From the IMG/VR virus record IMGVR_UViG_3300042691_029205, positions 14,911 to 78,910 of that record: DNA of 64,000 bases. One strand, given 5' to 3'. The notes beneath the pieces were generated by a model. That model was not told where the DNA came from, did no database searches, and saw only the letters and a program-made list of their open reading frames with translations. The position numbers and the translations under genes were made by a program. Positions 46,483-55,999 of this stretch are shown piece after piece. The stretch is from a virus. Position 1 is the first letter of the stretch. Every line of letters begins with the position of its first letter.

Positions 46483-47169
46483 ATGTATGATCCCGATATA
46501 CACGAAATTCAGGAACACGGACTGGATATTTCTAGTCGCTCTATCTATTTATCGACTGAAAAAGATACGGAAAACTCAATCAACTTTCAGTCTATGTATC
46601 GATTTATTAAGAATTTAAAATTTTTAGATTCAATAAATCACGATCCTATTATATTCTATGCTGGTTCTGCTGGAGGGGACGTAGAATATGGATTTGGTAT
46701 GTATGATGCTATAAAATTAACCAAATCTCCGGTAATATTTGTTGGTATAGGTGAAGTATGTTCTATGCTAACGATCATTATGCAGGCTGCTAATCTAAGA
46801 CTTATTACTGAAAATACATACTTTTTAATACACGAAGGTCAAATATGTATCAGTGAGTCGGAACCTAAAATAGCTAGTTCCGCCGTTAAATCACATAGGC
46901 TAACCATTAATAAATTCTATGATATTTATTTGTCGCGTTGTATGAACGGGTTGTTTTTCAAAGGTAAAAATGATCGATCTATCAAAAATCACCTTAAAAA
47001 ACAGCTTATGAAGAAGGGTGACTGGTATTTAGAGGCCGAAGAAGTGGTTCATTATGGTTTTGCTGACGGTATTTTAGGCCAAAAGCCATATGAATCTATT
47101 GAAGATATATTGAAATCGGTGTATAATATTACAGACGACACTACTTTAATAACTAACCAAAAGGAATAA
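46483..47169 (+). CDS. clpP: ClpP-like serine protease
   Basis: SAGGDV..G, GEVCSM (Ser), LIHEG (His), DWYL.AEE...YGFAD. Confidence 0.8.
   Translation: MYDPDIHEIQEHGLDISSRSIYLSTEKDTENSINFQSMYRFIKNLKFLDSINHDPIIFYAGSAGGDVEYGFGMYDAIKLTKSPVIFVGIGEVCSMLTIIMQAANLRLITENTYFLIHEGQICISESEPKIASSAVKSHRLTINKFYDIYLSRCMNGLFFKGKNDRSIKNHLKKQLMKKGDWYLEAEEVVHYGFADGILGQKPYESIEDILKSVYNITDDTTLITNQKE
47117..47124 (+). promoter_or_regulatory. putative late-promoter motif CGGTGTA
   Basis: upstream of 47174. Confidence 0.5.
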
Positions 47170-47173
47170 TATA

Positions 47174-47686
47174 ATGGCTACACATTTTATAACAGGATCA
47201 GCCCAGGTGCAGGATGGAGGTATGACAATATATGGGGGGACCATCGTTGGTTCCCGTATGTCAACTCGCGGCGTTTCTGAAACTGCCCAACTAGGCACGC
47301 CAGTATTAACTAGTAGCATGGATAATTTACATGCAGCTATTAGTGGTGGTAATTTCGCCTTAATGACCAAAGGTAAATATGTTGTAAAACGAGTTACAAC
47401 CGAATTGGCTGGTTCTGCAAATACCGCATTGTTATCTGGTTCTAGTGAACATAGCAACCGACGCTCTATTAATTATGCTGAATCGTTTGCTCAAACCTTT
47501 TTACATTCGTTAACTTGGACCTCAGATGCCGAAGGAATGCCAACATTTTCCTTTACTAAGAATACTAGCTCGGCAGCTATCGGTACAGATTCCGAAGCAA
47601 GAAGTACCCGTACTGCTCCAGGTGAACTTGTCTATGGACTCTCCCAAGGTGCAATTACCGACGATTACAGTGCTAAGACTTCGTAA
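47174..47686 (+). CDS. putative virion structural protein
   Basis: S/T/G/A-rich; late motif upstream, strong terminator downstream; PGELVY...DDYSAKT. Confidence 0.55.
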   Translation: MATHFITGSAQVQDGGMTIYGGTIVGSRMSTRGVSETAQLGTPVLTSSMDNLHAAISGGNFALMTKGKYVVKRVTTELAGSANTALLSGSSEHSNRRSINYAESFAQTFLHSLTWTSDAEGMPTFSFTKNTSSAAIGTDSEARSTRTAPGELVYGLSQGAITDDYSAKTS

Positions 47687-47708
47687 TCTTGTTTTATAGT
47701 TAATTTCT

Positions 47709-47738
47709 AAGGGGTTAACACTGTTAGCCCCTTTTTTT
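47709..47738 (+). terminator. intrinsic terminator
   Basis: AAGGGGTTAAC-ACT-GTTAGCCCC followed by T7. Confidence 0.85.
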
Positions 47739-47753
47739 ATATCGGGACTTTCT

Positions 47754-48440
47754 ATGGACACCATGCTGCAATTCATCTTTGATTATTTAAGTCAAAATCA
47801 TGCGGCTTCATGGTTTTATCACGTAGTTAGCTTTCTTATTTTTTTAATAGCAGGAGTTAGGTTTATATTATGGCCAGCGGGATTATGGTGCTGGCAGGCT
47901 GGAAAAAGAGTTTATAGTTTTTTCACAGGTATTAACGACACTGTTCAAACTGTAATTTTCTTAAAAAAAGAACTACAACCAAATGGTGGCTCTACATTAA
48001 AAGATTCAATCAATAGAATAGACAATGAAATTCGGAATATCAAACATTTGGTTACTTATAGCTGTGCTAAACAAGGGGCTTTTTTTGACTTTTTAGGCTA
48101 TGTAGGCAACGATGGCATCGGCCTATTTGAAGCTAATTCAGAAGGAGAATGTGTACATGCCAGCCCTAAGTATTACGAAATCACAGGTTCTACCGAACAA
48201 GACGTTACAGGAAACGGCTGGATTAATTTACTAGATGAAAAGGATCGAGATAGAGTATATAATGAATGGTCTGCATGTATAGCACAAAAAAGACCTTTTA
48301 TTATGGAATACAATATAATAAATAGAAAAACAAACGAACAAATCTCAGTATCGTGTTATGCAAAGCCCTTAGTCGAACAAGGTAAATTTCTAGGATATAT
48401 TGGCGGACTAAGGAGATTATCATGTCAAAGTGCTACGTAA
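47754..48440 (+). CDS. membrane-anchored PAS-domain protein
   Basis: N-terminal TM; ELQPNGGSTLKD; PAS GLFEANSEG.C..AS..YYEITG...GNGW..LL...DRDRV..EW...GYIG. Confidence 0.8.
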   Translation: MDTMLQFIFDYLSQNHAASWFYHVVSFLIFLIAGVRFILWPAGLWCWQAGKRVYSFFTGINDTVQTVIFLKKELQPNGGSTLKDSINRIDNEIRNIKHLVTYSCAKQGAFFDFLGYVGNDGIGLFEANSEGECVHASPKYYEITGSTEQDVTGNGWINLLDEKDRDRVYNEWSACIAQKRPFIMEYNIINRKTNEQISVSCYAKPLVEQGKFLGYIGGLRRLSCQSAT

Positions 48441-49054
48441 GCTATGAACAAGCCGAAAGAATAATTAGCGAGGGAGATATTCTTCTCTTTAGACACACTG
48501 GACCTCTTTCTACGCTGGTTAGCTCAGTTACCGACAGTCCATACAGCCACGTTGGGTTAGCCTCTTGGAGTGATTCTGTACTTGAATGCGTGGAGTTTCG
48601 CGAATGGGTTGGGAGTCGGGCGATTAATTTGCAAAATTACGTAAAAAATTACCCAGGGGAGCTTGACATTTTCACGCCTCATAGATATAGTATTATTACT
48701 CACTTCGATTGTTCGACAAGAACGAGAACGGAAGAAAGAGTTTTTTTCAAAGGTAAAAAGATTACTAATGAGTTTCGCTGCCTAACTGGTATTCCGTATG
48801 GCTGGAAAAGAATTTGGCAGATTTTTTCCCGCAAGACCTATCGAATATTTTTCCCTTATAAAAACGAATTCTCAGACGAATTGGCAGATAAAATAATATA
48901 TCCAATCTGTTCTTCGGCGGTAGCATACTGTTATAATAAACACTACGTCGATTTAGTTCGATGTAAAATGGACGAGTTGGTTACACCTGGGGAAATAGCT
49001 AAGTCTTCTACGTTGAATTATATTGCGACTATATCTAAAAATGAAACAAACTAG
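48422..49054 (+). CDS. permuted papain-like NlpC/P60 hydrolase (YiiX/YebB-like)
   Basis: GDILLFR, YSHVG (His), GIPY, ICSSAV (Cys), VTPGEI. Confidence 0.8.
   Translation: MSKCYVSYEQAERIISEGDILLFRHTGPLSTLVSSVTDSPYSHVGLASWSDSVLECVEFREWVGSRAINLQNYVKNYPGELDIFTPHRYSIITHFDCSTRTRTEERVFFKGKKITNEFRCLTGIPYGWKRIWQIFSRKTYRIFFPYKNEFSDELADKIIYPICSSAVAYCYNKHYVDLVRCKMDELVTPGEIAKSSTLNYIATISKNETN
48663..48691 (+). promoter_or_regulatory. sigma70-type promoter (intragenic)
   Basis: TTGACA-17-TATAGT. Confidence 0.6.
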
Positions 49055-49135
49055 TTTTATAGACGAACAGTACAAAAACATGATATATACTATATATTGT
49101 ACTAGCATAAGTACATGTTTAAAGGGGCTTTAATA

Positions 49136-49375
49136 ATGAATAGGCGTGGTTTTTTAGGTTATCTAGCTGCCATAGCTGGAACTACAGTTGCTCCTCTTCC
49201 GGTAGTTGATACGGTTCCTGTTAAATTATTACCGGCCATTGTTCCTGTTAAGTATTCTATATTAACTGAGTTATATATGTCTCACCAAGCAATGGAAGAC
49301 ATACGAAATTGGTCTGTATATCAGACAGATGAAGTAACTAGAAAGGAAATATACACAGGTGGATTTAATCCTTAG
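49136..49375 (+). CDS. small protein with twin-arginine-like signal
   Basis: MNRRGFLGYLAAIAG. Confidence 0.65.
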   Translation: MNRRGFLGYLAAIAGTTVAPLPVVDTVPVKLLPAIVPVKYSILTELYMSHQAMEDIRNWSVYQTDEVTRKEIYTGGFNP

Positions 49376-49901
49376 TGGAAAGCGGGTTTATTTATCTTCA
49401 CCGATGGAGCATATTTCTCCTGCATTAAATTGGAATGAGCAGCGAAAAAGTGTAATAACCGTATTAGAAGAAGAATTTCGGTTAAAGGTTTTTGATCCTT
49501 ACAACGACCCGAAACAAACAAATATCAGCCTGCTTAACCAATATAAAGAACAGCGGGATTTCGATGGCGTTGCTAAAATAGCCAAAGATTTTTTAGCTAA
49601 AGATTTAAACGCTGTAAATTGGGCCGACTTAGTTATTGCTTATGTGCCAAAAGGAGTAGCTAGTTGTGGTGTCCCACATGAAATTATTAATGCTAATCTT
49701 GGGAAAAAACTAGTTTTATTAGTTGAAGGTACAGACAAGGCTAAAATTAGCATCTGGTATTATGGTTTTATCAAGCATCGTTTCATGTTCGGAGCTTGGC
49801 AACAGCTATTTGATTACCTGACGGAGATTAATGAGGGCAAACATATAGATGATCCTAGATTACAGTTCCTTTATTCTTATCCCATAGAATGGTTGTCGTA
49901 A
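49359..49901 (+). CDS. nucleoside 2-deoxyribosyltransferase-like protein
   Basis: VYLSSPM, FDP, DL..V..AD.VIAY, SCGVPHEI. Confidence 0.75.
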   Translation: MDLILSGKRVYLSSPMEHISPALNWNEQRKSVITVLEEEFRLKVFDPYNDPKQTNISLLNQYKEQRDFDGVAKIAKDFLAKDLNAVNWADLVIAYVPKGVASCGVPHEIINANLGKKLVLLVEGTDKAKISIWYYGFIKHRFMFGAWQQLFDYLTEINEGKHIDDPRLQFLYSYPIEWLS

Positions 49902-50464
49902 TGACTCCTGTTAGATATACTTATGTAGACAAAGAAGAAGTTGGCGGCTGTATATTACCTGCTCAATTTCCAGGTTGGGTAAAATATGAAACAGGTGATT
50001 TTTTTCATGAGACTTATTCTGTTAAGTGGGACTTGCGATTTTTAAGATTAGCCAGAGAAATAGCTTCTTGGTCACATGATCCATCTACACAAGTTGGTGC
50101 TGTTGCTGTAGATAAAGAACATGGTATCATTGCTACTGGATATAATGGATTTTCTAAAAAGAATTTAGATAGACCAGAAGATTATCAAAACAGAAATCGT
50201 AAATTAATGCAGATGATACATGCAGAAGAAAACCTGCTATTATTTGCTGAAAAAAATCGCCTAAAACATTGTACACTTTATACTTACCCTTTTATTCCAT
50301 GCGGAACTTGTGCAGCAAAACTATTACAAGTTGATATAGATAGAGTAGTGAGTTTAGATGGTATTCCTGATCGCTGGTTGGAGTCTTTCAATTGCGGTCG
50401 CGAACAATTTGCCGACGCTGGTGTAATAGTTGATTATTATCCTGTGGAGTTTTTGAATGTATAA
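49901..50464 (+). CDS. dCMP deaminase
   Basis: SHDPSTQVGA, GYNG, HAEEN, PCGTC. Confidence 0.9.
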   Translation: MTPVRYTYVDKEEVGGCILPAQFPGWVKYETGDFFHETYSVKWDLRFLRLAREIASWSHDPSTQVGAVAVDKEHGIIATGYNGFSKKNLDRPEDYQNRNRKLMQMIHAEENLLLFAEKNRLKHCTLYTYPFIPCGTCAAKLLQVDIDRVVSLDGIPDRWLESFNCGREQFADAGVIVDYYPVEFLNV

Positions 50465-50771
50465 AGTAAACATATTAAATAAATCTAGTATAGTAGAAAA
50501 ATACGAAAATACAATTCTAGACACAAAAGAAGAGATTTACCATTTCTTAATGTATTTAGATTTATCTGAATATAAAGATACAGACAGTTATATTTTTATT
50601 GATGAATATAATGATACTCAAGATTATACTATTCATAGTTGGGCTATATCTGTTGATGAATTTTTAGATTTAAAAAAGTACAACACTATAGAATATCTAC
50701 CTTTTCTACGAGATGAAGGTTATCATAAGTTTTTAGAATTTTTCGATCTAGAGTATTACAAATTATTTTAA
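50457..50771 (+). CDS. acidic hypothetical protein
   Basis: GGAG RBS. Confidence 0.6.
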   Translation: MYKVNILNKSSIVEKYENTILDTKEEIYHFLMYLDLSEYKDTDSYIFIDEYNDTQDYTIHSWAISVDEFLDLKKYNTIEYLPFLRDEGYHKFLEFFDLEYYKLF

Positions 50772-50778
50772 TTATGAG

Positions 50779-50786
50779 CGGTGTAT
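50779..50786 (+). promoter_or_regulatory. putative phage promoter motif CGGTGTA
   Basis: intergenic, upstream of RNR beta. Confidence 0.5.
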
Positions 50787-50813
50787 TAGGTAGTAGCTAA
50801 AAAGGAATACAAC

Positions 50814-51788
50814 ATGGGACTTTTTGACAAACGTATATCTTTTAAACCGTTCGAGTATCCAGACATTATTAAATACAAAGACGCTATTAATCATAGTTAT
50901 TGGTTAGTTAGCGAGTTTAATTTTATAGCAGATGTAAATGATTTTCATGTAAAACTAAGTCCACACGAAAGACATATTGTTAAGAATACATTATTAGCTA
51001 TATCTCAAATAGAAGTTTCTGTTAAGAAATTTTGGTCTAAATTAGGTGATAGATTTCCTAAAGCAGAATTTGATCAAGTTGGAATTACTTTTGGAGAAAG
51101 CGAAATTAGGCACGCTGATGCTTATTCTCATCTTTTAGAAGTCTTAGGGCTTAATGATGATTTTTCTATGCTTCTACAGAACGATGTTATACAAGGCCGA
51201 GTTGACTATCTAACTAAATATTTAAAAGGTGCGGCTGATAATACTAATGAAAATTATACTTTAACCTTATCTTTATTTTCTTTATTTATTGAAAATGTTA
51301 GTCTATTTAGCCAATTTTTAATTATAAAAAGTTTTAATAAGTATCTTAATATATTTAAAGATATAGATAATGTAATTCAGGCAACACAACAAGAAGAAAC
51401 AATTCATGCTTTATTCGGCGTTGAGGTTATACAGTATTTAAAACAAGAATTTCCCGATTGGTTTAATCAAGACTTCTATAGTAAAATACAAAGATCGTGT
51501 AAAAAGGCATATGATGCAGAAGTTAAAATAATTGATTGGATTTTTGAGCAGGGTGAATTATCTTTTTTACCTAAAGAAATTGTACTAGAATTCTTAAAAA
51601 GCCGCTTTAATTACAGTTTAGAGCTTATAGGCTGTCCTACTTTATTTGAGTTAGATCAAAATAAATTAGAACAAATACAATGGTTTGATGAAGAAATTAA
51701 TGCACAAATGAATACCGATTTCTTTCATAAAAAACCCACATCTTACTTTAAAAAATCACAAGCTATTACTGCGAACGACTTATTCTAA
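50814..51788 (+). CDS. nrdB: class I ribonucleotide reductase beta subunit
   Basis: KPFEYP, QIEVSVK, ESEIRHADAY, IENVSLFSQF, EETIH, DFF. Confidence 0.95.
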   Translation: MGLFDKRISFKPFEYPDIIKYKDAINHSYWLVSEFNFIADVNDFHVKLSPHERHIVKNTLLAISQIEVSVKKFWSKLGDRFPKAEFDQVGITFGESEIRHADAYSHLLEVLGLNDDFSMLLQNDVIQGRVDYLTKYLKGAADNTNENYTLTLSLFSLFIENVSLFSQFLIIKSFNKYLNIFKDIDNVIQATQQEETIHALFGVEVIQYLKQEFPDWFNQDFYSKIQRSCKKAYDAEVKIIDWIFEQGELSFLPKEIVLEFLKSRFNYSLELIGCPTLFELDQNKLEQIQWFDEEINAQMNTDFFHKKPTSYFKKSQAITANDLF

Positions 51789-51796
51789 GGAAATAT

Positions 51797-53443
51797 ATGT
51801 CTGAATACAGATGGTTGAATGAATTTTCACAACAATTTTTAGAGCGAGACTATTTATTACCTGGACAGACGGTAGATGATAGAGTTAATCAAATATGCAA
51901 TCGTGCTGAAAAAATTCTAAATATAGATGGTTATGCTTCTAAACTTAAAAAATACATTCAAAATGGTTGGTTTTCTCTAAGTACGCCAATCTGGTCTAAT
52001 TTTGGCTCAGAAAGAGGTTGTCCTATAAGCTGTTTTGGCTCATATATTGAAGATAGTATGCAGTCTATTTTAGACACACATGCAGAAGTCGGTATGATGA
52101 GCAAATTAGGGGGTGGAACTTCTGGTTTTTTTGGTGATTTAAGGCATAGAGGTAGTCCTATCACTAATAATGGTGAAAGTTTTGGTTCTGTTCATTTCAT
52201 GTCATTATTTGACACATTGATCAGAGTTGTTTCACAAGGATCAACTCGGCGTGGTAGTTTTGCTGCATATCTACCTATAGAACACAAAGACATAAAAGAA
52301 TTCTTACAGATTAGAAAAGAAGGTAATCCTCTACAAGAAATATTAACTGGTGTAACAATCACAGATAAATTTATGCAGGATATGATTGGTGGTAATGTTG
52401 ATAATCGTACAATTTGGGCAGAGGTTCTAAATACACGAACTCATACTGGTCTACCTTATATTATTTTTATAGATAATGTAAATAAAAATACTGTAGATGT
52501 ATATAAAGATAAAAATCTTAAAATAACGCACTCAAATTTGTGTACCGAGATTTTTTTACCTGACACAATAGATGAATCATTTGTATGCGATTTAGCAAGT
52601 ATGAATATTTTATATTATGATGAATGGAAAAATACTGATGCTGTAGAGGTTTTAACCTTTTTATTAGATGCGGTAATGACTGAATTTATTGAGAAAACAA
52701 AAAATATTAAACATATGGAGCGTGCTAATAAGTTCGCTAGAAATCATAGAGCATTAGGTATTGGCTGGATTGGTTGGCATAGTTATTTACAATCAAAAAT
52801 GATTCCATTTGAAAGTATGGATGCTAAATATGAAAATGTTAAAATAGCTCAGTCTATTCAAGAACAAGCATGGCAAGCCTCTAAGAAACTTGCACAATTA
52901 TATGGAGAGCCGCCTTTATTAAAAGGTTATGGCAGAAGAAATTCTACTCTAACGGCCATTGCACCTACTAAATCATCTGCATTTATATTAGGGCAAATGT
53001 CTGAGACTACAGAACCACATCGTTCTAATTATTATGTTAAAGACCTACAAAAAGGCAAGTTTACTATTAAAAATCCAGAATTGATTAAGCTGCTTAATAA
53101 TAAAAATAAAAATACAAAAGAAATCTGGGATAGTATATTAAAAAACAATGGCAGCGTTCAACATTTGGACTTCTTAAATCAACTTGAAAAAGATACATTC
53201 AAAACTTTTATGGAGATTTCTCCATTAGAGACTATTATTCAAAATTCACAACGTCAAAAATATATTGATCAAGGACAATCGTTAAATTTAATGATTGATC
53301 CTAGACTTCCTGTAAAAGAATTAAATCAATTGCTTATTAAAGCATGGGAATTAGGTGTAAAATCTTTATATTATCAATTTAGTATTAATGCAGCACAACA
53401 ATTAACACAACAAATAACTAACTGTAAGTCCTGCGAAGCATAG
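51797..53443 (+). CDS. nrdA: class I ribonucleotide reductase alpha subunit (no ATP cone)
   Basis: STP, ISCF, GGG, RRG, SNLCTEI, VCDL, IAPT, DQGQS, SLYY, CKSCEA. Confidence 0.95.
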   Translation: MSEYRWLNEFSQQFLERDYLLPGQTVDDRVNQICNRAEKILNIDGYASKLKKYIQNGWFSLSTPIWSNFGSERGCPISCFGSYIEDSMQSILDTHAEVGMMSKLGGGTSGFFGDLRHRGSPITNNGESFGSVHFMSLFDTLIRVVSQGSTRRGSFAAYLPIEHKDIKEFLQIRKEGNPLQEILTGVTITDKFMQDMIGGNVDNRTIWAEVLNTRTHTGLPYIIFIDNVNKNTVDVYKDKNLKITHSNLCTEIFLPDTIDESFVCDLASMNILYYDEWKNTDAVEVLTFLLDAVMTEFIEKTKNIKHMERANKFARNHRALGIGWIGWHSYLQSKMIPFESMDAKYENVKIAQSIQEQAWQASKKLAQLYGEPPLLKGYGRRNSTLTAIAPTKSSAFILGQMSETTEPHRSNYYVKDLQKGKFTIKNPELIKLLNNKNKNTKEIWDSILKNNGSVQHLDFLNQLEKDTFKTFMEISPLETIIQNSQRQKYIDQGQSLNLMIDPRLPVKELNQLLIKAWELGVKSLYYQFSINAAQQLTQQITNCKSCEA

Positions 53444-53454
53444 AAAGACAACTA

Positions 53455-54207
53455 ATGTCTCGAAAAAAACATAAACCAATAGAAAATCATAAACAACAAG
53501 ATGAAGCGGTTTATAATTATGCAAATGAAAGAGATAATAAAAAATTAAAGGCCAAGACAGAGGGGCAGCAAAAGTATATTGATACTATTAATAAGAATAC
53601 TATTACATTGTGTGTTGGACCACCAGGATCGGGTAAGAGCTATTGCTCAGTTGGAATAGCAATCGAGGCTCTCCGTCGCGGTCAAGTTGATAAGATAGTG
53701 CTTTCTCGGCCAATATTAGAGGCTTGCGGCGAAGAAATTGGTGCGATTCCTGGTTCGGTCGAAGAAAAAGTCGGGCCTTACCTACGTCCTCTTCTGGAAG
53801 CTGTACAAGCATTTACACTTAAAGGTGAATACGCTCTCTGGAAAGCAGAAGGAAAAATTGAAATTATTCCCTTTGCTTATATGAGGGGGTTGACGTTATC
53901 TAATACCGCGATAATAATAGATGAGGCAAATAACTTAACTCACGACCAAATGAAACTTGTTTTAACGAGAATTGGTCTACATAGTTATTGCGTTATACAG
54001 GGCGATCCAAAACAAAGCGATTTACCATATAATAAACAAGGTGCTTTGATAGATTATATGGAAATACTTGACGGTTTACCTTTCGTTGGAACGTGTGAAC
54101 TAACAAAACAAGATATTGTTCGTAGTCCGTTTATTGCATCTATTCTAGATAGAATCGAAGAGTGGGAAGAATCACATAATAAAACACCAAAAGGATATAT
54201 TCAATGA
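53455..54207 (+). CDS. phoH: PhoH-like ATPase
   Basis: GPPGSGKS, SRP, YMRGLTL, IDEANN, LTRIG, GD..QSD, DIVR. Confidence 0.95.
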   Translation: MSRKKHKPIENHKQQDEAVYNYANERDNKKLKAKTEGQQKYIDTINKNTITLCVGPPGSGKSYCSVGIAIEALRRGQVDKIVLSRPILEACGEEIGAIPGSVEEKVGPYLRPLLEAVQAFTLKGEYALWKAEGKIEIIPFAYMRGLTLSNTAIIIDEANNLTHDQMKLVLTRIGLHSYCVIQGDPKQSDLPYNKQGALIDYMEILDGLPFVGTCELTKQDIVRSPFIASILDRIEEWEESHNKTPKGYIQ

Positions 54208-55178
54208 AGAAAGCGTTAGTATTAGGCGGGGGTGGCTTTATAGGCAACCATATGGTTAACACCCTTAAAGAACAAGGGTGGTGGGTTAGAGCTGTTGATT
54301 TAAAATATCCAGATTTTACAGCATCTAACGCCGATGAATTCATTATCGCGGATTTAAGATGTGTAGAAAATGTGTATAAATCATTTGTTGTATATGGTGG
54401 TTTTGATGAAGTCTATCAATTTGCCGCAGATATGGGCGGTGCTGGATATATATTTACTGGTGAGCATGATGCATGTGTAATGCATAATTCTGCTACAATT
54501 AATCTAAATGTAGCCGAGGTTGCTAAAAACGTAGGAGTTGGTAGACTGTTTTACAGTAGTTCTGCGTGTATGTATCCTGCCCACAATCAAGAAGACCCAT
54601 TAAATCCTAAGTGTTCAGAAGACTCAGCTTATCCAGCGGCTCCTGATAGTGAATATGGTTGGGAAAAACTATTCTCAGAAAGATTATACTTATCTTATTT
54701 ACGTAATTATAAATTACCAGTAAGAATAGCTAGATATCATAATATCTTTGGACCTTTAGGAACTTTTACTGGTGGTCGTGAAAAAGCCCCTGCTGCTATG
54801 TGTCGTAAAGTAATACTTGCACCAAATAATTCTACTATTGAAGTATGGGGAACTGGTCAACAAACAAGGTCGTTTTTATATATAGACGAATGTATTGAAG
54901 CCACACAAAGATTAATGCGTTCTGATTTTATTGGACCTGTTAATATTGGTTCAGAAGAAATGGTTACTATTAATAATCTAGCCCAAATGGTTATAAATAT
55001 ATCAGGGAAAAACCTATCTATTAAAAACATAGATGGTCCTGTTGGTGTAAATGGAAGAAATTCAGATAATAAACTAATTAGAGAAAAGTTAAAGTGGGAC
55101 TATAAACAATCTTTAAATGATGGATTACTAAAAACATATAAATGGATCGAAACACAATACATATTATCTAATCTTTAA
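54204..55178 (+). CDS. NAD-dependent epimerase, GDP-mannose 3,5-epimerase-like
   Basis: GGGGFIG, AADMGGAGYI, SSSACMYP, YGWEK, REKAPAAMCRK, GRNSDN. Confidence 0.9.
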   Translation: MKKALVLGGGGFIGNHMVNTLKEQGWWVRAVDLKYPDFTASNADEFIIADLRCVENVYKSFVVYGGFDEVYQFAADMGGAGYIFTGEHDACVMHNSATINLNVAEVAKNVGVGRLFYSSSACMYPAHNQEDPLNPKCSEDSAYPAAPDSEYGWEKLFSERLYLSYLRNYKLPVRIARYHNIFGPLGTFTGGREKAPAAMCRKVILAPNNSTIEVWGTGQQTRSFLYIDECIEATQRLMRSDFIGPVNIGSEEMVTINNLAQMVINISGKNLSIKNIDGPVGVNGRNSDNKLIREKLKWDYKQSLNDGLLKTYKWIETQYILSNL

Positions 55179-55183
55179 AATTT

Positions 55184-55999
55184 ATGCAAGAAATAATTAA
55201 TATAACTAGTAGTAATACAGAAATAGAATACGAAGATTTATCTGAATTAAAATCTAAACGTGTTTTATTACTATCAATGGTTAATAATTGTAGTCATTCA
55301 TATGAATATATCAAGAATTTTATAGTCAATATTTCTAAAAATGTTGGTTATAGCAGTTTTCATTATATTACTAATAATAATATAGATGGAACTGTTTTCT
55401 TATTAGAAAATCTATCTAAGTATACTAATACAACTGGCACAATCTTACCAAATATATCTATAAATCAGTCAAATAGACTTGAGATATTTGCCAGAATGAG
55501 AAATATATTGTTTAATAATTCTCTAGCTATTGCTGGTTGTAATTTTGATTATGTAGTAATATTCGATTCTGATCTAATATGTAATATTCCACATCAATCT
55601 GTGTTAGAATCTTTTTTAGTAAAGGGTGAATGGTCTTCTATTTCAGCAAATAGTATTTTTAGTTCTATGGACTATCATTATGATGTATTTGCTCTTAGAT
55701 TATTGAACGAATCTGATAATATTCGAGATATCTACGATAGATTCGATCAAGGATACGGAAAATCATCATCTTGGATTAAGTTATATAATTTTGAAACTTG
55801 GTTTGAGGTAAAATCAGCCTTTGGTGGTCTAACTATTTATAAAATGCCGGAACTAGTTTCGATCTTAGAAAGAGATAGCTTCCTTTATAATTTAGAAGGA
55901 TACCCAGAATACACATGTGAACATGTTACACTTGCTAACAAATTAGCAGGTAAAAAGCTCATTAATCCTAATATTAAATATGCTGGAACTATAACATAA
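55184..55999 (+). CDS. GT-A glycosyltransferase (CAP59/GT69-like)
   Basis: ARMRN, FDSDL, YDVFALR, SAFGGLTIYK, CEHV. Confidence 0.7.
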   Translation: MQEIINITSSNTEIEYEDLSELKSKRVLLLSMVNNCSHSYEYIKNFIVNISKNVGYSSFHYITNNNIDGTVFLLENLSKYTNTTGTILPNISINQSNRLEIFARMRNILFNNSLAIAGCNFDYVVIFDSDLICNIPHQSVLESFLVKGEWSSISANSIFSSMDYHYDVFALRLLNESDNIRDIYDRFDQGYGKSSSWIKLYNFETWFEVKSAFGGLTIYKMPELVSILERDSFLYNLEGYPEYTCEHVTLANKLAGKKLINPNIKYAGTIT

